This document shows, in pieces, positions 29,216-36,311 of a DNA stretch of 64,000 bases (positions are counted from its first letter, which is position 1; the number at the start of each line of letters is the position of its first letter). Position numbers and translations under genes: made by a program. The stretch is from Candidatus Tayloriibacteriota bacterium (lineage in GTDB: Bacteria > Patescibacteriota > Minisyncoccia > Phycocordibacterales > PALSA-1337), in contig CAITNV010000054.1 of NCBI GenBank assembly GCA_903893855.1, forward strand, positions 32,562-96,561, read 5' to 3'. A model generated the notes under the pieces. The model worked only from the letters and a program-made list of their open reading frames with translations, made no database searches and was not told the DNA's origin.

Positions 29216-29301
29216 AAAAAATAATATAGGCTATAAAAATAATAAATGTAAACGTACGAATACTTGAGAAAATAGAAAGAAGATAACAGTCTTAAGTAAA
29301 A

Positions 29302-29568
29302 CTATTTCTTAAGATCTAACTTTTTTGTTATTGAAGAATAGCGTCGAGGATACTTTTTCTTCAAGTAATTCAAATGTGTCTGTCGATCAGCTACCATGGC
29401 CAAAAGTCCACGTCGTGAGTGATTGTCTTTAGCGTGCTTCTTGAGGTGATTAGCTAGTTCCTCGATCTTTTTTGTAAGAATAGAAACTTGCACTTCTGGA
29501 GAGCCAGTATCTTTGTCGTGAATTGCGACTTCTTTAATAATCTTGCTTTTTTGTTTCGTTGTTAGCAT
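29302..29568 (-). CDS. rpsO: 30S ribosomal protein uS15
   Basis: DTGSPEVQV, HAKDNHSRRGLL; ATG at 29568. Confidence 0.97.
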   Translation of the reverse strand: MLTTKQKSKIIKEVAIHDKDTGSPEVQVSILTKKIEELANHLKKHAKDNHSRRGLLAMVADRQTHLNYLKKKYPRRYSSITKKLDLKK

Positions 29569-29637
29569 CGTGGTACCACAATAGCACAAATGGTCTTATG
29601 ATGCAAGCGATCTGTGTGTTTGTGATAGAATATGTGT

Positions 29638-30546
29638 ATGTCGCACAACATCTCATCACCAATAGAACGGCTTAAAAAGGAGTTTTTACAGTATGTTGAA
29701 ATTGAAAAAGGGCGCAGTTTAAGCACCGTTTCCAACTATGATCACTATATATCTAGGTTTCTTGATTTCGCTAAGATAAAGGAAGCTTCTGAGATTACTG
29801 ACGATTTAGTAAGAAACTTCAGATTATGGCTTAATCGCCAAGGTTCTTTGAAGAAAAAGACTCAAAATTATTACCTTATCGCTTTTCGGGCTTTTCTTAA
29901 ATATATGGCTAAACGTGGGGTTGCCACCCTTCCTGCAGATAGAATTGAACTTGCCAAGGTTCCCGAACGGTCCCTTGACCTCATTTCAGCATCTGATTTG
30001 AAGCGTCTTTTTGATTCTCCAGACACCTCTACACCCGCAGGGCTTCGTGATAGAGCCATATTTGAGCTACTTTTCTCTACCGGTTTGCGCGTATCTGAGC
30101 TTTGTAGCCTTTCGAGAGACTTAGATATTAAAAGAGACGAATTCTCGATTAGAGGAAAGGGCGAGAAGGTAAGGGTTGTCTTTATATCCGAAAATGCTCG
30201 TAGTGCCGTAAAGAAATACATAGATTCACGGAAAGACATGGACGGTGCAATGTTTGTCCAAATTCCAAACAAAAAGATTAAATCGCAGAAATCATTGCGC
30301 CTAACTGCTCGTTCTGTCGAAAGAATTGTTAGTTACTACGCTGTTAAGGCTGGAATATCCAATAAAGTAACCCCACACGTGATACGGCACTCATTCGCTA
30401 CTGATTTATTGAGAAATGGGGCTGATTTGCGATCAGTTCAGATGCTTCTTGGACACTCAAATATATCAACTACCCAGATTTATACGCATATAACTGATAC
30501 TGAGCTTGGTAATATTCATAAAAAGTTCCATAATAAAGGAAAATAA
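29638..30546 (+). CDS. XerC/XerD-family tyrosine recombinase
   Basis: RDRAI.ELLFSTGLRVSEL, GKGEK, HVIRHSFAT, LLGHSNISTTQIY. Confidence 0.93.
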   Translation: MSHNISSPIERLKKEFLQYVEIEKGRSLSTVSNYDHYISRFLDFAKIKEASEITDDLVRNFRLWLNRQGSLKKKTQNYYLIAFRAFLKYMAKRGVATLPADRIELAKVPERSLDLISASDLKRLFDSPDTSTPAGLRDRAIFELLFSTGLRVSELCSLSRDLDIKRDEFSIRGKGEKVRVVFISENARSAVKKYIDSRKDMDGAMFVQIPNKKIKSQKSLRLTARSVERIVSYYAVKAGISNKVTPHVIRHSFATDLLRNGADLRSVQMLLGHSNISTTQIYTHITDTELGNIHKKFHNKGK

Positions 30547-30547
30547 T

Positions 30548-31354
30548 ATGAGAATAATATCTTGGAATGTTAATGGATTGCGCGCAAACGTCAAAAAAGG
30601 CGGTTTCCAGTGGTTTACTGACGAATCACCAGATATTTACTGCATACAAGAAACAAAAGCTCACCCAGAGCAATTAGATGAGAATACTAGGAATCCACAA
30701 GGTTACACAGGATATTTCGATCATTCTAAGGGTAGAAAAGGATACAGTGGCGTTGCAATTTACGTTAAACAAGAAATTGAGGTTGAGAAGGTAGAATACG
30801 GCTTTGGTATTGATGAATTGGACCAAGAAGGTAGGTTCTTGGGCGTATTTATTGCAGGCGAAGCTAATATGGCCAACTCTGGTGTTAAAAAGTTTGTAAT
30901 AATTAACTCGTACTTCCCTAATGGAGGTAGTGGTCCTGATCGGCTTGAGTACAAACTCAAGTTTTACGATGCTTTCTTGAAGTACATAAATAAAGTTCAC
31001 AAGAAAGGATACGAGATTATTTTTTGTGGAGATATAAATACTGCGCATACAGAAATTGATTTGGCGAGACCAAAAGAAAATTCTGAGAATACTGGATTTT
31101 TACCAATCGAAAGAGCGTGGATCGACAAAGTTATTGCTGCGGGATACACAGACGTGTTTAGAAATTTTCACCCAAATGAAGTTGGACAGTATACATATTG
31201 GGATATGAAAACTTTTGCTCGAGATAGAAATGTTGGCTGGAGAATCGATTATTTTTTCGCAACTAAGCTTATTTTAAGCCATATTAAAGAGGCAAATATT
31301 TTAAAAGACATTATGGGTTCTGATCATTGTCCAATAGAAATGATTATAAAATAA
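30548..31354 (+). CDS. xth: Exodeoxyribonuclease III / AP endonuclease
   Basis: SWNVNG, QETK, GYSGVA, GDIN.AH, GWRIDY, SDHCP. Confidence 0.96.
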   Translation: MRIISWNVNGLRANVKKGGFQWFTDESPDIYCIQETKAHPEQLDENTRNPQGYTGYFDHSKGRKGYSGVAIYVKQEIEVEKVEYGFGIDELDQEGRFLGVFIAGEANMANSGVKKFVIINSYFPNGGSGPDRLEYKLKFYDAFLKYINKVHKKGYEIIFCGDINTAHTEIDLARPKENSENTGFLPIERAWIDKVIAAGYTDVFRNFHPNEVGQYTYWDMKTFARDRNVGWRIDYFFATKLILSHIKEANILKDIMGSDHCPIEMIIK

Positions 31355-31383
31355 GTTATCCACAGTTTATTTTGTTTTTGTCC

Positions 31384-31411
31384 TTTACAATGTCTTTTAG
31401 ATTGATAGAAT
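31384..31411 (+). promoter_or_regulatory. Sigma70 promoter with extended -10, preceded by a DnaA box
   Basis: TTTACA-N16-TAGAAT with TG at 31403-31404; TTATCCACA at 31356-31364. Confidence 0.65.
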
Positions 31412-31416
31412 AGTAC

Positions 31417-31712
31417 CAGACCGGTAGAGAAATAAACCAAGGAGGTTTCTCCCATTGATCTTTGAAGAATTTTTTGGTTCAAGGGCATCGTGTGTAGTTC
31501 TCTGTTTCAATTAGGAAGCAACTACCCTTTCGGAGCTCTGCAGAATCTAAACCTCTTATCACTATTTTTTTAGAACCACATGGTTCGTTGTTATCAAGAA
31601 AGTGTTTAGATTCTCCTAAGGTCTGATCGTACCCCTTTACGGTAAGTTGTTTCTTTTTTAAGCCGCGTCGCGTACCTTATCTCTTGGTCCGCATACTACG
31701 CGGCTTTGTTTT
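31417..31712 (+). ncRNA. Candidate structured non-coding RNA of unknown family
   Basis: Upstream promoter; stems AGAATCTAAAC/GTTTAGATTCT (31542/31604), GAAGCAACTACC/GGTAAGTTGTTTC (31515/31641), AAGCCGCGT/ACGCGGCTT (31660/31698) followed by a T-rich tail; no long ORF. Confidence 0.55.
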
Positions 31713-31715
31713 GTC

Positions 31716-31754
31716 TGTTTCACGAGTAACATCGATAATGTTACTCGTGAAACG
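31716..31754. promoter_or_regulatory. Inverted pair of parS-like sites forming a 16-bp inverted repeat
   Basis: TGTTTCACGAGTAACA and TGTTACTCGTGAAACG versus consensus TGTTNCACGTGAAACA. Confidence 0.65.
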
Positions 31755-31804
31755 CCGTATTTATATATTTTAAGCCATACAATTAGCAATCACTGAACGA
31801 ATCG

Positions 31805-33283
31805 CTATGATACGTGGTGTTTCCGTTTTATATCCTCAATATTGGAGTTTTCGAGTTCGTCACGCTTATCTTCGCCTTGTTTGCCAAGCTTTTTAAGGTC
31901 ATTATCAGGTAATTGAAGCAACTCAAGTGTTCTTTTTGTTAGATATTCGATGTTGTTGAGGGTAGGATTCTCCAAGACCTCTTCAAGGAGTGCGTTTAAT
32001 GTCCAGCCAATTTTAGGACCTGGGTTAATCTTCCCTATTTCCATAATTGCCTTTCCGTCAACTTTAAGCATTACTACTGAGATTGGGTCTCGAAGTGCTT
32101 CTTCTATCATTGATTTGTATTTACGCAGTCTGTAAGGACTTTCTTTCGGTCTTCCCGTTCCTATACGATCGCAAATGCGGATGTTTACTAAGTCCCATAT
32201 ATCGTCTTTCCCTACATTAGCTATCATTCTGCGTACAGCAGATAATGTTATTGTTTCAGTATCTGAGAAAAACATATGCCATCGCACTAGTTTCACTACT
32301 TTATCTATGATTTTACGAGGGAATTTGAGTCTCTCAAGAATACTCTCTGTTTCACGTGAACCAACCACCTCGTGCCCGTAGAACGTAAATTGATTGGTTT
32401 CACGTGAAAAACGACGTGTTTGAGGTTTAGCTATGTCATGAAACAGAGCCGCAAGACGTATTTCAAGTAGCCATTTTTTGTCAGCAGCGTGTTGCATTGT
32501 TCTTAGACAATGCTCCCAGACGTCGAATGAGTGTGCCTGATTCTGTTCAACATTAATGCCCTTTTCAAGCTCCGGTACGATATATTGTAAAAGACCGAGA
32601 CTATGCAACAGCTCAATCGCTTCTTTCGGCTTGTCCGATAGGAGTATTTTAGTAAACTCATCCCTAACCCTTTCACGTGAAACACCTGAAAGAAGGCCTG
32701 ATTTAGCCATAATTGCACTTCTGGTCTCTGCGTTAATCGTGAAACCTAACTCAGCGCTTAAACGAACAGCCCTAATAAGACGTAAAGCGTCTTCCTCGAA
32801 ACGTTCCTCAGGCTTCCCTACGGTCCTTATTACTTTGTCCTTTATGTCCTTTATTCCTCCGAAAAGGTCAACCGTGTCTTTTATGACTCCATTTGAGACA
32901 TTTATAGCTATTGCATTAACTGTGAAGTCACGTCTCTTGAGATCGTCTGATATGTCTTTAGTAAAGACGACACTATCTGGCCGTCTATGGTCGCTATATA
33001 CCCCTTCAATGCGATATGGAGTTACTTCTATAATCTTGAGTGTTTCGTCCTGACTATCCCCATAGACCACACCCACAGTGCCAAAGGTGTTTTCATAGAA
33101 AGTTTTAGGAAACAGTGCAACGATATTTTCCGGTGTCGCGTTTGTAGTTATATCCCAGTCTTTCGGTTTCTTGCCAAGGAAGAAATCTCTAGTGCAACCG
33201 CCCACCATGTATGCCTCAAAACCTGCCTTCTCTAAGACGTCGATTGTATTAGTTACTTGTGTTGGGATTAGTTCGGATTGCAT
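31805..33283 (-). CDS. cca: CCA tRNA nucleotidyltransferase with HD domain
   Basis: VGGCTRD, DWDITT, RRDFTVNA, EDALRLIRAVR, SRER, FHDIAKP; ATG at 33283. Confidence 0.92.
   Translation of the reverse strand: MQSELIPTQVTNTIDVLEKAGFEAYMVGGCTRDFFLGKKPKDWDITTNATPENIVALFPKTFYENTFGTVGVVYGDSQDETLKIIEVTPYRIEGVYSDHRRPDSVVFTKDISDDLKRRDFTVNAIAINVSNGVIKDTVDLFGGIKDIKDKVIRTVGKPEERFEEDALRLIRAVRLSAELGFTINAETRSAIMAKSGLLSGVSRERVRDEFTKILLSDKPKEAIELLHSLGLLQYIVPELEKGINVEQNQAHSFDVWEHCLRTMQHAADKKWLLEIRLAALFHDIAKPQTRRFSRETNQFTFYGHEVVGSRETESILERLKFPRKIIDKVVKLVRWHMFFSDTETITLSAVRRMIANVGKDDIWDLVNIRICDRIGTGRPKESPYRLRKYKSMIEEALRDPISVVMLKVDGKAIMEIGKINPGPKIGWTLNALLEEVLENPTLNNIEYLTKRTLELLQLPDNDLKKLGKQGEDKRDELENSNIEDIKRKHHVS
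32348..32684. promoter_or_regulatory. Three parS-like sites inside the cca coding sequence
   Basis: TGTTTCACGTGAACCA 32348 (15/16), GGTTTCACGTGAAAAA 32396 (14/16), CCTTTCACGTGAAACA 32669 (14/16). Confidence 0.75.
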
Positions 33284-33428
33284 ATATTTACATTGATTAT
33301 TCATCAAACAGTCAATTATTTTTATATGGTAGCATTTTTTATTTAAAAACAGAATTTTTGACATGTCTAAGAATGTTTCGGTCTTGTTATTTGAACATAA
33401 TTGTATAATAATATTGTTATATAATAAT

Positions 33429-34178
33429 ATGGATAATGTCCAATTAAAAAATAGAGCTATAAGACTTAGAGAAGAGGGTTACTCTTATTCTGAGATAGAA
33501 CGTGCACTTTTTATCCCGAAAAGCACATTATCATATTGGTTGAAGGGGATTTCGCTTAATTCGGATCAAATAATTGGACTAAAGAAACGAAATCTTGAAA
33601 AGGGGAGTAGGGGACGCTTCTCCAATTCAATTAACCTGAAGGTAAGAAAAGTCCATAGAGAGCAGGTCGCGCATTCGAGGGCCAAGTATGAGTTTGATAA
33701 GATAATTAACCCTGTTCACGTGCATTACCCATTCACAACAGTCATAGGTGATACACGCCTAAATAATCTATTTGTAACTGGTGTAAGCCTGTATCTGGCA
33801 CATGGCGGAAAGACTGGTGGATATTTCCAATTTATGAGTTCAGATCACCAGATACTTGGTATTATGATTGATTGGATTGAGGTTTTTCTTAATATTGATA
33901 GGAAATCAATCAAATACAGGCTTATTATTCATGAAAGCTACAAAGATCAAGATATTGAAGGCTATTGGATCAATGTATTGGGGATAAATAAAGAAAATAT
34001 GCAAAAAAGCATATTTACTACCAAGGGTATAGAACGTAATAAGAGGCCTGCATATAAGGGTTCTATTGGTATAGTGATCACCAATATCGAGGTATTTAGA
34101 AGGGTAATGGCTTGGCAAAATCTACTTATCAAGTATTATAAGGGTGTAAGTGATGGGGAAAGTGAATTGCTCCCGTAG
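33429..34178 (+). CDS. HTH plus LAGLIDADG-like domain protein (tRNA-associated CPR-type family)
   Basis: N-terminal HTH (LREEGYSYSEI...IPKSTLSYWL); GVSLYLAHGGK...F.SSD, YW...LGI, YKG patterns; stop codon inside tRNA-Arg. Confidence 0.55.
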   Translation: MDNVQLKNRAIRLREEGYSYSEIERALFIPKSTLSYWLKGISLNSDQIIGLKKRNLEKGSRGRFSNSINLKVRKVHREQVAHSRAKYEFDKIINPVHVHYPFTTVIGDTRLNNLFVTGVSLYLAHGGKTGGYFQFMSSDHQILGIMIDWIEVFLNIDRKSIKYRLIIHESYKDQDIEGYWINVLGINKENMQKSIFTTKGIERNKRPAYKGSIGIVITNIEVFRRVMAWQNLLIKYYKGVSDGESELLP

Positions 34179-34240
34179 TGAAATGGATATCACATCAGTC
34201 TTCGGAACTGCTGTTGGGGGTTCGAATCCCTCCGGGAGCA
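34169..34240 (+). tRNA. tRNA-Arg(UCG), CCA not encoded
   Basis: Acceptor GCTCCCG/CGGGAGC, anticodon loop CTTCGGA, T-loop TTCGAAT. Confidence 0.93.
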
Positions 34241-34304
34241 CAAGAAATATGGCAGAAAAGACATACTTCTGTTAGAATAATGTTGTAAATTTATTGTAGG
34301 TAAT

Positions 34305-34378
34305 GCGGGCATGGTTTAGTGGTAGAACACGTCCTTGCCAAGGACGAGACGGGAGTTCGATTCTCCCTGCCCGCACCA
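34305..34378 (+). tRNA. tRNA-Gly(GCC), CCA encoded
   Basis: Acceptor GCGGGCA/TGCCCGC, anticodon loop TTGCCAA, T-loop TTCGATT. Confidence 0.96.
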
Positions 34379-34417
34379 AATTAGCTGAAATATAAGGGTC
34401 ATTGTTTCGGACAAAAC

Positions 34418-34475
34418 TGTGGATAACTCTGTGGATAGTGTTGGTAAAAGACATAAAAAATGGCTTATATTCACA
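34418..34475. promoter_or_regulatory. Cluster of DnaA boxes outside oriC
   Basis: TGTGGATAA 34418 (consensus), TGTGGATAG 34430, TGTTGGTAA 34439, ATATTCACA 34467. Confidence 0.6.
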
Positions 34476-34570
34476 AGGTCATTTTAAAGTAAAAAGTCAG
34501 TTTAGTCAGAATACTCTTATTTTAAGGGCTATATTCGTAAAAAGACATTATTTAACACATTACGGACAAA

Positions 34571-34966
34571 ATGTTTAAGAATACTAAAGAAAAAGGTGCG
34601 GCAGGTGAGGAAATAGCTTGTAAATATCTAGTGAAAAACGGTTTCACTATCCTTGATAGGAATTATCAAAAAAAGTGGGGAGAATTGGATATTGTCGCTA
34701 ATTATAAGGGTATACTTAATTTTATTGAGGTAAAGAGCGTGCTAGGTAGTATAAAGGACGCTAAAGGTGATACAGATGCGGGCTATAGGCCAGAAGATAA
34801 CGTGCATATCCGTAAGCAGGGAAGGCTACGACGAGTAATACAGTCATATTTACAAGAGAGGGGCTATTCAATTGAAACCGATTTCTGTTTTACAATTGCT
34901 ATTGTTGTGATGGATATTAAGCTACGCAGAGCAAAAGTGAGACTTATAGAAAATGTCGTCTTTTAG
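34571..34966 (+). CDS. yraN: YraN/UPF0102 family nuclease
   Basis: G..GE..AC.YL...GF.ILDRNY, GELDIVA, FIEVKS. Confidence 0.9.
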   Translation: MFKNTKEKGAAGEEIACKYLVKNGFTILDRNYQKKWGELDIVANYKGILNFIEVKSVLGSIKDAKGDTDAGYRPEDNVHIRKQGRLRRVIQSYLQERGYSIETDFCFTIAIVVMDIKLRRAKVRLIENVVF

Positions 34967-35037
34967 AAAAACCAATAAATATGGAGTTTTTCGCCTTGCT
35001 GTGGTACGATGTGGAAGTTATTATTTTATTTAGTTTT

Positions 35038-35113
35038 CGGAGTGTGGTGTAACGGCTAACATCCTTGTTTTGGGAACAAGTGACTCCGGGTTCGAATCCC
35101 GGCACTCCGACCA
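35038..35113 (+). tRNA. tRNA-Pro(UGG), CCA encoded
   Basis: Acceptor CGGAGTG/CACTCCG, anticodon loop TTTGGGA. Confidence 0.95.
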
Positions 35114-35135
35114 GTTTGTGATAAAATTAGACAAT

Positions 35136-35206
35136 GCGGGATTAGTTAAATGGTATAATAACAGTTTTCCAAACTGTGGTCGGGAGTTCGATTCTCCCAT
35201 CCCGCA
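35136..35206 (+). tRNA. tRNA-Gly(UCC), CCA not encoded
   Basis: Acceptor GCGGGAT/ATCCCGC, anticodon loop TTTCCAA. Confidence 0.95.
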
Positions 35207-35216
35207 CAATAGACAT

Positions 35217-35786
35217 ATGAAATTAAAAGATAACTATGCAATAGTTATGATAGGGAAGACTCATACTGGTAAGACTACATTTGCTCAGGATATAGTTAAA
35301 AGACTCAATACCTTCGAGATATTAGAAGCTGATGCGGTAAGTTTATTTCTTAAGGCGAATTTTCCGCTACTTCGGGAGATCGATAAATCAAAGCATGGCG
35401 TTTGGGAAACACCGACATTAAAATTGCTTCTTTTCCAAGATATCGTTAAATATGCCTTTGTAAATAATCTTAATGTGATTCTTGCGAATTCTAACTTATC
35501 CACAAAGGTTAGATCCGAAAACCTTTTTTAAGCTAAAGAATTCAGATACAAGACAATAGGTATTTTCTTAAATTACTCTGATGATTCTATCAATCGACAC
35601 ATCGCTCAATCTGTAAGAGCAACTGAAGTGCTCAATAAAACAAAGACATATGATGAATTGCTCGTAAAACAAAAGAAAATGCTCGAAGCTCCTTCTTCAA
35701 ATGAATTTGATTATTTTCTTGAGGTAACAAAACCAGAAGATCTTGTGTCGATTAGGGAGAAAGTTATTTCAATTGTATCAACATAA
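35217..35786 (+). pseudogene. P-loop kinase-like (AAA_33-type) gene interrupted by an in-frame TAA
   Basis: Walker A GKTHTGKT; TAA at 35529-35531, then the same frame stays open for 84 more codons to TAA at 35784-35786. Confidence 0.7.
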
Positions 35787-35838
35787 ATATGAATAAAGTG
35801 AGTATGTCCCCAACACGTAGACATACGACAGGGAAGAG

Positions 35839-35873
35839 GCAACAAAAAACCGCTTTATGCGGTCTTTTGTTGC
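35839..35873. terminator. Probable bidirectional intrinsic terminator
   Basis: GCAACAAAAAACCGC-TTTAT-GCGGTCTTTTGTTGC between convergent genes. Confidence 0.75.
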
Positions 35874-35892
35874 TTAAACTAAGCAAATAGAG

Positions 35893-36165
35893 CTATTTAA
35901 CTGCGTCCTTCAAAGCCTTTGCTGCTCGGAACTTAGGAACTCGCATTGCTGGAACTTTGATTGCTTCGCCAGTTCGAGGGTTTCGAGCTTCTCGTGCTGC
36001 TCGCTGCTTCACTGAGAAGATACCAAGACCTGCAACTGAAACCTCTTCGCCCTTCTTCATTGTATTGACGATTGAGTCGAACACTACGTCAACGGCCTGT
36101 TCTGCCTGAACCTTAGTACCACCTAATATTGCATGGACTGCATCTACGATTGCTGCTTTATTCAT
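35893..36165 (-). CDS. hup: DNA-binding protein HU
   Basis: MNKA, GLGIFSV, R.ARNPRTGE, PKFRAAKALK. Confidence 0.96.
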   Translation of the reverse strand: MNKAAIVDAVHAILGGTKVQAEQAVDVVFDSIVNTMKKGEEVSVAGLGIFSVKQRAAREARNPRTGEAIKVPAMRVPKFRAAKALKDAVK

Positions 36166-36245
36166 GAAAATATATTTATTACTATTAATAATGGGTTTAA
36201 CCACTGCAATCATTATATCGTAAGGGTTTTTTGACGCAATAGCCT

Positions 36246-36296
36246 AAAAATAGCGACACAATATTACCTTATCGGCAAATATGTGTCGCTATTTTT
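36246..36296 (-). terminator. Intrinsic terminator downstream of rny
   Basis: 15-bp inverted repeat AAAAATAGCGACACA/TGTGTCGCTATTTTT. Confidence 0.7.
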
Positions 36297-36311
36297 TATG
36301 GTGACGATATA

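Noticed and set aside
29638-30546. Tyrosine recombinase as the integrase of an island carrying the T4SS-like cluster
   Set aside because: It has XerC/D-like size and motifs, housekeeping neighbours (rpsO, xth), no att repeats, and core genes separate it from the cluster.
31417-31712. SRP RNA, RNase P RNA or tmRNA identity for the structured region
   Set aside because: GGAAGCA is present but lacks the SRP CAGG/GNRA context; there is no GAGGAAAGTCC motif and no tRNA-like ends.
34272-35216. ORF 34272-34454 and the upstream extension of ORF 35070
   Set aside because: They overlap tRNA genes; the real kinase start is the ATG at 35217.
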